The position numbers and the translations under genes are program-made. The notes under the pieces were generated by a model, which worked only from the letters and a program-made list of their open reading frames with translations, was not told the origin of the DNA and did no database searches. This document shows positions 1 through 7,632 of a stretch of DNA of 11,155 bases, one piece after another. This stretch comes from Pirellulales bacterium (GTDB taxonomy: Bacteria > Planctomycetota > Planctomycetia > Pirellulales > JAICIG01). The stretch covers positions 215,907 to 227,061 of the forward strand of contig JBBDYJ010000032.1 of the NCBI GenBank assembly GCA_040901675.1, read 5' to 3'. Every line of letters begins with the position of its first letter. Positions within the stretch are counted from its first letter, which is position 1.

Positions 1-70
1 TGCCACCGCCGGCCATGCCACCGCCGGCCATGCCACCGCCGGCCATGCCACCGCCGGCCATGCCACCGCC
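1..70. repeat. 15-bp perfect tandem repeat TGCCACCGCCGGCCA, at least 4.7 copies (encodes MAGGG on -)
   Basis: Identical units at 1-15, 16-30, 31-45 and 46-60, partial unit at 61-70; cut off by the window edge. Confidence 0.97.
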
Positions 71-292
71 CCCGGCACCGCCCATGCTGGGCATGGTTGC
101 ACCAGGCTTCGGGCCGGTGTTGGCCACCTTGGTGCCGGCCACCTTGGTGTCGGTACTCTCCTTGCTGCAACCCGTCGATATGGCCACTGCGGGGGCAATC
201 GCAAACGCGGCGCCAGTCCACAAGGCAACGACAATTGCAACGCGCGCGGGCGCACGTTGTTTCAAGTCCGCGGCACGGTCTCTGTTCGCCAT
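2..292 (-). CDS. Putative lipoprotein with Gly/Met-rich (MAGGG)n region; 3' end lies outside the window
   Basis: Read by hand. AGGAGG-TAGTC-ATG at 292; MANRDRAADLKQRAPARVAIVVALWTGAAFAIAPAVAISTG-C42-SKESTDTKVAGTKVANTGPKPGATMPSMGGAGGGG(MAGGG)n. Basic N-region, hydrophobic stretch and lipobox-like STG-C; frame stays open to the window edge. Confidence 0.8.
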   Translation of the reverse strand, partial: MANRDRAADLKQRAPARVAIVVALWTGAAFAIAPAVAISTGCSKESTDTKVAGTKVANTGPKPGATMPSMGGAGGGGMAGGGMAGGGMAGGGMAGGG

Positions 293-352
293 GACTACCT
301 CCTGGCCAGTGATGCGCCATGCCGCTAGCGCGGACGCGAGGGTCCGGCGATT

Positions 353-373
353 GGCTGAAGCTAAGCTTCAGCC
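353..373. promoter_or_regulatory. Perfect 21-bp palindrome (operator or leader hairpin)
   Basis: GGCTGAAGCT-A-AGCTTCAGCC, about 60 bp upstream of the lipoprotein start; no U-tract follows it on either strand. Confidence 0.45.
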
Positions 374-520
374 GCCCAAAAAACGAGCGCTCGACGGCAA
401 ATGGGAATGCTGGCATTGTGGCAATAAATGCCGCTCTACGCAAGCCAAAACCTTACGCTGCATGCTACTTGGGGCATAGTGCGAGGGCCCTGCTGGAGCC
501 AACCGATCGCGCGCCGCCGC

Positions 521-1621
521 TCAAACCGGGCTGGTATGGGTAGCGGCGTCCACCCCCCTCGGCCAGTGCGAAAGCCGCGCCAAAAAGTCCTCCATTTGGG
601 CCTCTTCCGGCCAAATCGGCCCCGGATGCCAGGCGAGCTCCCGGGCGGCTCCGTCGGGAGATGATTGCCAGTAGCCCGGACAGCGCTGGACGGCCCAACT
701 GGCGTAGGTATAGCTAATTTCGCCCACTACCGGCTCATCGCCACGCAGCAGGCCGTCGATGGCACAGCTCTGTGTCCCCAACACGCGGGCGGCGTCGAAG
801 GCCAGCCGGACAAATTTCAGGTCGATCCCAGCCGGGTCATGGTCGATGCGGCCGCTGCCGCTGGCTCGAAAATCGCCTTCTCGGTTGAAACGCCGGAAAC
901 CGAAGGCCCGGTTGCCGATGACGGTAATCCGCGTGTCAAAGGCGTTGTGTGGAAGGAACTCCTGAAACAGCACATAGTTCCTGTGCAGTTCCCAGGTCTC
1001 CCAAAGGTTCGCTTCGGCCGGCGGACGGCCGGGGCTCAATGCATCGCGGGCCAGCGAACGAGCGATCTGGACGTACTGGTGCAGCCGCCCTCGGCCCGGC
1101 GCCTCCAGCTTGCCGACGCCGCGCGTGAACATCCGCTCGACCCAGGCGAGCGCTTCGGCCGGCGAGCGCACCAGCCGCACGTTGGACGAGCCGGCCCCGG
1201 CCCAGAGCTTGAAGACCAGCGGGTAGGTGGCGGTCCGGCAGAACTCCTCGGCGTCGGAACGTCGCCAAAAAACCGACGTTCGCGGCGTGGGAACTCCGGC
1301 CGCCTCGAGCAGGTACCACTGCGCGATCTTGTCGTCGTAATGGCGGCAGGTGTTCTGGTCCGGGTAGACGCACAGGCCGAGCTGGCACTCGAGCACGGGC
1401 AAAAGCCTGGTCGCGATCGCGCGATGGGCCGAGGTGTGCGCGTGGCGCCACATAAAGCCGTGGCAGCCGCGGACCTGGCTGAGAATGTCGGTGCGGAACA
1501 CGTCGACCCAATGGACCTCGTGACCGGCCGCCTTGGCCATTTCGGCCCAACGGGGGCTCGATGCATCTCGCTGGCCGTCCGGCGTGAGGCCGTAGTCGTC
1601 CGGCTGGATTGCGATTCTCAT
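521..1621 (-). CDS. RimK-like ATP-grasp ligase, 366 aa
   Basis: Start MRIAIQPDD at 1621 overlaps the upstream stop (ATGA). ATP-grasp motifs: DDKIAQ, YPLVFKLWAGAGSSNVRLV, FQEFLP..FDTRITVIG, DFRASGSG, CAIDGL, GEISY. The track's extension to 2401 overlaps DUF362 in another frame. Confidence 0.88.
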   Translation of the reverse strand: MRIAIQPDDYGLTPDGQRDASSPRWAEMAKAAGHEVHWVDVFRTDILSQVRGCHGFMWRHAHTSAHRAIATRLLPVLECQLGLCVYPDQNTCRHYDDKIAQWYLLEAAGVPTPRTSVFWRRSDAEEFCRTATYPLVFKLWAGAGSSNVRLVRSPAEALAWVERMFTRGVGKLEAPGRGRLHQYVQIARSLARDALSPGRPPAEANLWETWELHRNYVLFQEFLPHNAFDTRITVIGNRAFGFRRFNREGDFRASGSGRIDHDPAGIDLKFVRLAFDAARVLGTQSCAIDGLLRGDEPVVGEISYTYASWAVQRCPGYWQSSPDGAARELAWHPGPIWPEEAQMEDFLARLSHWPRGVDAATHTSPV

Positions 1622-3048
1622 GGCACGCGACTCCGCCACTCGACGTGGCCGGCCCAGCCTTTGGGCGGGCGGGCTTCGACGCCAAGCTGCTCGGCGATCG
1701 CGTCGATGGTCCAGCCGGTGCCATCGAAGCAGGCCTCCGCTTTGCTCAATGTGGTGGCAGCGCCCAAGTTGAATTGTCCGGCGAGCGGCCAGCGGAAGGC
1801 GCCGAACGACTCGCGGATGAGCGGGATCCGCCGCGGATCGAGCTTCAACAATGCGGCGTGCACCGCGTCGGCCGCCGGCGCGCAGCCAGAAAACGTCACC
1901 GCGCCGACTCCCAGCGGGCTGGGAGAGAGAGGACCTTCGCCCTCGCCGCAGACGATGCAATCGGTCAACGACCAGAGCGTGCGCCGCGGTTGATCGGCCA
2001 GAGTGCCGTCGGCCCGACCATAGAGCAGGATCCGATTCAAATCGAGAACCATGCGCCAGCAGGTGTCGTTGCCGTGCCAGCCTCCTTCGAGGCTTCCCTC
2101 TTCCTCTCTTGCAACCCTGGCCAGCGAGCGGCTGGCCCAGGAGCGCCAGCGCTGGTAACCGGGCGTGCCCAGGCGGCGGTTGGCCGCGTCGAGCAGCACC
2201 TCGACCAGCCACTTCGCCACCGAGCGGCCCGGATAACAGTCGCCCCCTTCGGCGGCGCCGCCTCGTCGATGGTGCGGGAGATAGTCCTTGTTGCCGTTCA
2301 GCCCGACCAGGTTCTTCAGGGCGCCAGTCAGCCCTGCCTTGCGGTGCAGCTTGAGCTTGGGCAGCGAGATCAGCACGTCGGCTTCGAACGCCTCCTTGCA
2401 CAGAAGGTACTGATGGCGGCCCGGGCGGTGCGTCTGGGCCAGCTTGCGAGGGTCGTAGTTGGTCACGCGGAACCGGCCGACAGGCGTCGAGATCGGTTCC
2501 AGCAGGCTGTCGGACTCCAGGTCGAACAGCACGAAGCGGCTCGGATCGCCGACCTCGGTCTGAGGGGCGGCCCCCCCCTGCCCCGGCGTCCAGACGGTGC
2601 GCCTGAAGTCGGCAAACTCGACACTCGCGCCGGCAGTGCGGCCCAACTCAATCGCCTGTTCCTTCAATCCGTTCCGCAGCAGCCCATCAAAATCACACGC
2701 CTGGATCGGAGCATCACCCAGGATCACGCGGCCCGGGCGGGCCAGCAGCGCTTCGCCGAGGGCGGCCAGGATGAAGCGCGGATGCGTGACCATCGGCGCC
2801 ATGCCGCCCGGACCGAGATTCCGATCGAGCACCCAGTTGGGCTTCAAGAGCACGGTCATTCCCGGCTCGATCAGGTCGGCCAGCGGGCGCTGGGGATCGC
2901 GGCGGCCCAATCCACCCTCCAGCAGCGCCTGCCGCACCAGCCGCGCCACCGCCGAGCGGTCGTCATAGGCTTGCTCGGGCGGCAAGCTGGCCAGGCGCCT
3001 GTCGATGGCCAGGCCGACGGTCGAAGGGCCGCTGGCTGTGGAGATCAT
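1618..3048 (-). CDS. DUF362 domain-containing protein (start 3048 or 3051)
   Basis: DUF362 signatures VLLKPNWV, VTHP, ILGDAP, ADVLISLPKLKLH..AGLTGALKNLVG and D.IVCGEGEGP; also EGGWHGNDTCWRM. Confidence 0.88.
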   Translation of the reverse strand: MISTASGPSTVGLAIDRRLASLPPEQAYDDRSAVARLVRQALLEGGLGRRDPQRPLADLIEPGMTVLLKPNWVLDRNLGPGGMAPMVTHPRFILAALGEALLARPGRVILGDAPIQACDFDGLLRNGLKEQAIELGRTAGASVEFADFRRTVWTPGQGGAAPQTEVGDPSRFVLFDLESDSLLEPISTPVGRFRVTNYDPRKLAQTHRPGRHQYLLCKEAFEADVLISLPKLKLHRKAGLTGALKNLVGLNGNKDYLPHHRRGGAAEGGDCYPGRSVAKWLVEVLLDAANRRLGTPGYQRWRSWASRSLARVAREEEGSLEGGWHGNDTCWRMVLDLNRILLYGRADGTLADQPRRTLWSLTDCIVCGEGEGPLSPSPLGVGAVTFSGCAPAADAVHAALLKLDPRRIPLIRESFGAFRWPLAGQFNLGAATTLSKAEACFDGTGWTIDAIAEQLGVEARPPKGWAGHVEWRSRVP

Positions 3049-3054
3049 CATTCG

Positions 3055-3060
3055 ATTATG
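3055..3060 (-). promoter_or_regulatory. Putative -10 element CATAAT, 6 nt upstream of ATG 3048
   Basis: Minus strand reads CATAAT-CGAATG-ATG; no Shine-Dalgarno seen. Confidence 0.5.
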
Positions 3061-3239
3061 GCTGGTTTAGCAGCCGCGGGCTATACACATGGCTGTCTGC
3101 TCCGGCTGCCGCAAGATTGCATCGCGAGGGACCGGGCCGGAGAATAACCGGACGTGCGAGGAGTAATCCTGGCGGCCGGGGCAGCCGGCGGTCGCGGGCC
3201 GCCAATCGGACCCTCTTACTTGGAGTGGACGTTCCAGTG

Positions 3240-3821
3240 ATGTCGATGCTCGCCGTATTGCTTGCGGTCTTCGCGTTCACGCTTTGCATAGGGGCGATTG
3301 GCGGCATCGGGTACTGGATTCTGCACCCGCTCGACCGGGCGGCGCGAAACCGCAGAATGCCGACGCAGTTCACCATGGTCGACTTCCTCTGCCTGGTATT
3401 CCTGGTGCAGTTCCCGATGGGGGTGATTCACGCGGCGGCCGGCTCGGACGAGCGGCGACTGGTGTGGGTATTCGACATCCTGGCCTGGATCGCGACCGGG
3501 ATGATGTGGTGGATCAGCGTATCGACCCTATCGCGGGCTGGCGTCCGCCACACATGGCAGCGGGCCGCCTTCCTGGCGCTGGTGCTGCCCGTAGCCTACT
3601 TTGGGAGCATTGCCACGGTCGTGCTGCCGTTTGCCATTTTTGTCGAATTTGACGGGAGGCCGGCGGGGATATGGATTCCGCTGGGCGTAGTGCTGGCCGA
3701 AGGGTTGTTGGTGCTGGCGTTCTACCTGGCAGCTCGCTATACGCGGCGGATCGTTGCCATCGCCACCGCGGAACAGCTTCTGGAAGTCGATGAAACTGAG
3801 ACGGCGGACCTGATCCGCTAG
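3240..3821 (+). CDS. Hypothetical multi-pass membrane protein, paralog A (~193 aa)
   Basis: GGAG at 3222-3225 precedes GTG 3237 / ATG 3240; about 5 hydrophobic segments; aligns along its length with the next gene, which argues against the longer 3117 start. Confidence 0.8.
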   Translation: MSMLAVLLAVFAFTLCIGAIGGIGYWILHPLDRAARNRRMPTQFTMVDFLCLVFLVQFPMGVIHAAAGSDERRLVWVFDILAWIATGMMWWISVSTLSRAGVRHTWQRAAFLALVLPVAYFGSIATVVLPFAIFVEFDGRPAGIWIPLGVVLAEGLLVLAFYLAARYTRRIVAIATAEQLLEVDETETADLIR

Positions 3822-3834
3822 GGGACGGTCGCCC

Positions 3835-4422
3835 GTGCCCGCGATGATTTTTTTCTTGATTAGCGTTGCTGTCGCGCTAGCGGGGACGAGCTGCATCGCC
3901 TACTGGATCCTGCACCCCTTGTATCGAGCCGCCAATCAGCGAAGACTTCCCACGCAATTCACGCTCTTCGATTTTCTCTGCCTGATTCTGCTGATCCAGG
4001 TGCCGCTGGCAGTGATCCATTGGCCCGATTGGCCGGCTGATACGACGCTCCCAAGAGTGGTCTTGAGTGTCTTCGCCTGCGGCTTGTCGGGAGCCGTCTG
4101 GCTGGCCGGGGTCACGAGGCTGTCGCTGGCTGGAGTTCGAAATACCTGGCATCGGATTACGTTCCTGGCTTTGGTGCTGCCGCTGGCCAGCTTCGGTTCG
4201 CTGGCGGCAGCTATCATAGCCGTCACGCTGCCCCAAATGGCGATCGAACTGTGGGACGAGCCGCCCACGAAAGTCATCGTTCCGATTCTCGTCGCCGTTG
4301 AAGTGTGCCTGGCGGCAAGCCTTTACCTGGCTGCACGATTTACCCGGTGGATGATGTCGCGCTGCGAAACGGAGTTGGCCGATGCCATCGGTGCTTCGAA
4401 AATGCCAGCGGCGCCGCCGTGA
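3835..4422 (+). CDS. Hypothetical multi-pass membrane protein, paralog B (start GTG 3835 or ATG 3844)
   Basis: Begins 13 bp after paralog A; shares YWILHPL.RAA..RR.PTQFT..DFLCL, LS.AGVR.TW.R..FLALVLP.A.FGS.A and YLAAR.TR. Confidence 0.82.
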   Translation: MPAMIFFLISVAVALAGTSCIAYWILHPLYRAANQRRLPTQFTLFDFLCLILLIQVPLAVIHWPDWPADTTLPRVVLSVFACGLSGAVWLAGVTRLSLAGVRNTWHRITFLALVLPLASFGSLAAAIIAVTLPQMAIELWDEPPTKVIVPILVAVEVCLAASLYLAARFTRWMMSRCETELADAIGASKMPAAPP

Positions 4423-4429
4423 TCCGATG

Positions 4430-5593
4430 CTACGACCGCGCGGCGAGCAGCTCGTCGAAGAGCTCCAGGTACTGCCTGGCAACGCGCTCCAGGGAGTGGT
4501 GGCTGACAACGTGGCGGCGGGCCGCTTCGGCCAGGCGAGTCCGCAACGCTGCGTCGTCAAGACTGCGCAACAGGGCGGCGGCCAGGGACGCGTCGTCGTT
4601 GAGCGTGATCGTCAGCCCGGTCACGTCGTGCTGGACCACGTCGAGGTTGCCGGGCACCCGGCTGACGATCGGGCAGAGACCGCAAGCCATCGCTTCCAAC
4701 AAGGCGTTCGAACACCCTTCATTGGGCGAGGGCTGCACCAGAACCGCGGCCCGTCGATACACGGCCGGCATGTCGTCGGCCTGCCCCAGGAACTCGACGC
4801 TCGCCAGCTTCTCCTGGCGGCAATAAGCCTGGAGCGATTCCCGCAGAGGACCGTCACCCGCAACGAGCAGCCGGTGCTCCCCACGCCGCTCGACGTGCCG
4901 CCAGGCGCGCAGCACCGCCAACGGGTTTTTGAGGTCGGTCAATCGACCCACGAAGAGGGCCGTGCGGGATCTCGCCTCGTCGGGCGGCCTGGCGGCAGCC
5001 GGCGGCGGGCTGAAGCGGTCGATGTCCACCCCGTTGGAAATCGAGCGGATGGAGTGGCCGGAGCAGCCTAGCGCGGCCAGCTCGGCCCGCGCCTGGGCGG
5101 ACGGCGCGAGAAAACAACTGTTCCTTAGCACCAGGCGGCGCAACAAGGCCCTCCCTTTCGCGCGGCGGATCTGGGCCAGATCGCCGGCCGGCCCGACCGA
5201 GGCAATCCGCACGATCGACGGCTTGCCCAGGCGGTGGGCCACCAGGCCCGTCGCCACCGCTTCCCAGGGCGCCTGGGCGGCCAGCACCACGTCGTAGCGG
5301 CGGGTAAACCGCAGCAGGTTGGCCGCCAGCAGGACTAGAAAGCTCATGCCAAACATCGGTCCGGCGTCGAGCGTGCGGATCACGCGGCGGATTTCAATCC
5401 CCGACACCATTTCGTGCGTGGGCAGCCCCGGCACGTGCCGCGTAAGCACCAAAGGCGCATGCCCCCAGCCGGCCCAGCACTGCGCCAACTGAAACAACTG
5501 CCGCTCGGCCCCGCCCACCGTCGGGTGGAAGTGGCTCAGGCAGATCGCGATCCGCCGGCTGCCGGCGCCCGCTGTGCCAGCGTGTGGTGACAT
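4430..5593 (-). CDS. Glycosyltransferase family 4 (GT-B fold)
   Basis: FHPTVGGAERQ, ISNGVDIDRF, LFVGRL...KN, LLVAGDGP and the E-x7-E motif PSPNEGCSNALLEAMACG. ATG 5593 preferred over the track start 5620. Confidence 0.93.
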   Translation of the reverse strand: MSPHAGTAGAGSRRIAICLSHFHPTVGGAERQLFQLAQCWAGWGHAPLVLTRHVPGLPTHEMVSGIEIRRVIRTLDAGPMFGMSFLVLLAANLLRFTRRYDVVLAAQAPWEAVATGLVAHRLGKPSIVRIASVGPAGDLAQIRRAKGRALLRRLVLRNSCFLAPSAQARAELAALGCSGHSIRSISNGVDIDRFSPPPAAARPPDEARSRTALFVGRLTDLKNPLAVLRAWRHVERRGEHRLLVAGDGPLRESLQAYCRQEKLASVEFLGQADDMPAVYRRAAVLVQPSPNEGCSNALLEAMACGLCPIVSRVPGNLDVVQHDVTGLTITLNDDASLAAALLRSLDDAALRTRLAEAARRHVVSHHSLERVARQYLELFDELLAARS

Positions 5594-5669
5594 GCCCAGT
5601 TCAGAGGCCAGAGAACACACGTCGGAGTCCAGACTTCAAAGTCGGGGCGGGTCGAGAATCCTGAAGGGC

Positions 5670-5709
5670 AAAAAAATCCCCTCGCCCGCGGTAGTGCGCG
5701 ACGAGGGGA
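5670..5709 (-). terminator. Rho-independent terminator downstream of iscA
   Basis: Minus strand TCCCCTCGTC-GCGCACTACCGCG-GGCGAGGGGA-TTTTTTT: GC-rich stem followed by 7 U, about 35 nt after the stop. Confidence 0.88.
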
Positions 5710-5744
5710 GCGTTGTAGACTTGCCGTTGTCAAGCCGCGCCGGC

Positions 5745-6077
5745 TCAGGCCGAGAACGAGCTTCCGCAGCCGCAGCTCTTGGTGGCGTTGGGGTTTTCGA
5801 ACGTGAATCCCCGCTTCTCCAGCCCGTCGTAGAAATCGACGGTGGTGCCGTCCAGGTACAAGGCGCTCTTCTTGTCGACCACCAGCGTCACGCCGTGGTA
5901 GTCGTACTTGCTGTCCTTGGCCGCGTCCCAGCTCTTGTCGAAGCCGAGGCTGTACTGGAAGCCGCTGCAGCCGCCCCCAACCACGCCCACCCGCAGGACC
6001 ATCGGTTCTTCGAACTTCTGTTCCTGCATGATGCGCTTGACTTCGCTGGCGGCTTTTTCGCTCAATAACACTGCCAT
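5745..6077 (-). CDS. iscA: A-type Fe-S cluster carrier (IscA/HesB/ErpA family), 110 aa
   Basis: [40 protein letters not shown] (three conserved Cys); AGGAG upstream of the ATG. Confidence 0.95.
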   Translation of the reverse strand: MAVLLSEKAASEVKRIMQEQKFEEPMVLRVGVVGGGCSGFQYSLGFDKSWDAAKDSKYDYHGVTLVVDKKSALYLDGTTVDFYDGLEKRGFTFENPNATKSCGCGSSFSA

Positions 6078-6155
6078 GGTCGTTTACCGCTCCTGATGTG
6101 GGGGTGAGGCGAGGTTGTTCTGAACACTGGTTTTTTCGCAACCTATTACGTCTAA

Positions 6156-6161
6156 ATTATA
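6156..6161 (-). promoter_or_regulatory. Putative -10 element TATAAT for iscA
   Basis: Perfect TATAAT in an AT-rich patch about 80 bp upstream of iscA; no canonical -35 at 16-18 bp. Confidence 0.55.
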
Positions 6162-6200
6162 CGATACGGCGGCAAAAGGAAAGGGCGGCAAGGCAAGGAA

Positions 6201-6228
6201 GAAGGCAGAAGGAGGAAGGAGGAATAGG
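6201..6228 (+). repeat. Degenerate purine-rich heptamer repeat
   Basis: GAAGGCA GAAGGAG GAAGGAG GAATAGG in the iscS-iscA spacer. Confidence 0.65.
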
Positions 6229-6327
6229 ACAAGGGGGGTGAGACGGCGCCGCCTTGGCTGGCCGCTGGCCAGCCTTTGCCGGTGGACGCTGCATTTCTGG
6301 TGTTTGATGCCTTGGAATCAGCCCTCT

Positions 6328-7521
6328 TTAGGCGAGACTGCTGAGCTTGCGGAGCCGCTTGACCGAGTCGGCCACCGACTCGATGGCAAACTCGACCTCT
6401 TCGGCCGTGCTGAACCGCCCCAGGCCGAACCGCAGGCTGGCGCGGGTCAGGTCTTCGCCGATGCCCAGGGCCCGCAGCACGTGGCTGGGCTCGGGGTCGG
6501 CCGAGGTGCAGGCGCTGCCCGAGCTGACCGCCAGATGCTTGATGCTCATCATCAAGGCCTCGCCGTCCACGTAGGCGAAGCTGACATTCAGGTTTCCCGG
6601 CAGCCTCCAATCGAGCGGCGACAGGGCCGGCCCGTTCAGCGAGACGCCGTCGATCGCCTCGGTCAGCCCGGCATAGAGCCGGTCGCGCAGGGCGGCCAGC
6701 CGCGCCCGCTCGGCCGGCAGCTCCGCCAGGCAGATTTCGACCGCGCGGGCAAAGCCGACGATTCCCGGCACATTGAGCGTGCCGCTGCGCAGGCCGCCTT
6801 CCTGCCCGCCGCCGTCGATCTGTGGTTGCAAACGCACGGGTGTGCCATGCCGCCGCACGTACAGCGCGCCGGTCCCCTTGGGGCCGTAGAGCTTGTGGGC
6901 CGAGAAGCTCATCAGGTCGACCTGCAGGGCCTCGACATCCACGCCGAGCTTGCCGACCGCCTGGGTGGCGTCGCAGTGCAGCAGCACGCCCCGCTGGCGG
7001 CAGATGGCGCCGATTTCGGCCAGGGGCTGAATGGCCCCGATCTCGTTGTTGGCCAGCATCACCGAGACCAGCAGCGTATCGTCGCGGATGGCATCGGCCA
7101 CCTGCTGGGGGTCGACCAGGCCGGCGCGGCCGGCGGGCGCCTGGGTCACGTTCAAGAGCGTCAGCTCGAAGTCGCGGCGTGCCAGCCGCTGGAGCGGATC
7201 GAGGACCGCCTTGTGCTCGGTGGCCAGGCTGACCAGGTGGTTGCCGCGGCGCCGGCCGCGCTCGGCGGCGCCGCGGATCGCCAGGTTGTTGCTCTCGGTG
7301 GCCCCGCTGGTGAACACGATCTCCCGCGGCTGGGCATGAATGGCCGCCGCGACCGAGCCGCGGGCTTCGTCCACCGCCTCCTTGGCCTTCCAGCCGAAGG
7401 CATGGCCGACGCTGCCCGCGTTGCCGTAATGCTCGACGAAGTACGGGAGCATGGCCTCGACCACGCGCGGATCGACCCGCGTGGTGGCATGGTTGTCCAT
7501 GTAGACTGGAAAGCGGAGCAT
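6328..7521 (-). CDS. iscS: Cysteine desulfurase, group I (IscS/NifS), 397 aa
   Basis: [43 protein letters not shown] lysine in [16 protein letters not shown], catalytic loop [26 protein letters not shown]. Confidence 0.96.
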   Translation of the reverse strand: MLRFPVYMDNHATTRVDPRVVEAMLPYFVEHYGNAGSVGHAFGWKAKEAVDEARGSVAAAIHAQPREIVFTSGATESNNLAIRGAAERGRRRGNHLVSLATEHKAVLDPLQRLARRDFELTLLNVTQAPAGRAGLVDPQQVADAIRDDTLLVSVMLANNEIGAIQPLAEIGAICRQRGVLLHCDATQAVGKLGVDVEALQVDLMSFSAHKLYGPKGTGALYVRRHGTPVRLQPQIDGGGQEGGLRSGTLNVPGIVGFARAVEICLAELPAERARLAALRDRLYAGLTEAIDGVSLNGPALSPLDWRLPGNLNVSFAYVDGEALMMSIKHLAVSSGSACTSADPEPSHVLRALGIGEDLTRASLRFGLGRFSTAEEVEFAIESVADSVKRLRKLSSLA

Positions 7522-7564
7522 CGGCGCGGCGACCCCGGAGCAAGTATCCAAGCTGAATGGTTGA

Positions 7565-7573
7565 ATTATACCA
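7565..7573 (-). promoter_or_regulatory. Putative extended -10 promoter TGGTATAAT for iscS
   Basis: TGn-TATAAT about 45 bp upstream of ATG 7521. Confidence 0.65.
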
Positions 7574-7632
7574 GCCGCCCGCTTCCAATGGAGCTTGAGA
7601 GTCAGTTTGCCGGCTCAGTTCTACAGGAGAGA

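Noticed and set aside
1..70. CRISPR array (also considered for 9559-9592)
   Set aside because: Contiguous short tandem units with no spacers, and no cas genes.
445..472. 28-bp dif/Xer-like site CCAAAACCTTA-CGCTGC-ATGCTACTTGG
   Set aside because: Only the outer 4 bp are palindromic, the match to XerC/XerD arms is poor, and no recombinase is in the window.
15..479. 154-aa + strand ORF with MPPPA repeats
   Set aside because: Antisense shadow of the minus-strand lipoprotein, which has a strong Shine-Dalgarno and a signal peptide.
1..1621. Graspetide RiPP idea: ATP-grasp ligase with a repeat-containing precursor downstream
   Set aside because: MAGGG repeats lack the Ser/Thr/Lys donors and Asp/Glu acceptors required; the ORF has a lipoprotein signal and lies ~230 bp away behind its own regulatory features.
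1622..2401. N-terminal extension making the ATP-grasp ORF 626 aa
   Set aside because: Arg-rich off-frame reading inside DUF362; the ATGA overlap marks the real start at 1621.
665..3147. Long + strand ORFs 665-1993 and 1609-3147 (similarly 6152-7717 - and 7756-8598 -)
   Set aside because: Antisense or off-frame shadows of well-supported genes, typical of high-GC DNA; no recognisable motifs.
6238..7632. N-terminal part of the 863-aa + strand ORF
   Set aside because: Antisense to iscS; a Shine-Dalgarno and signal-like sequence support a start at 7633.
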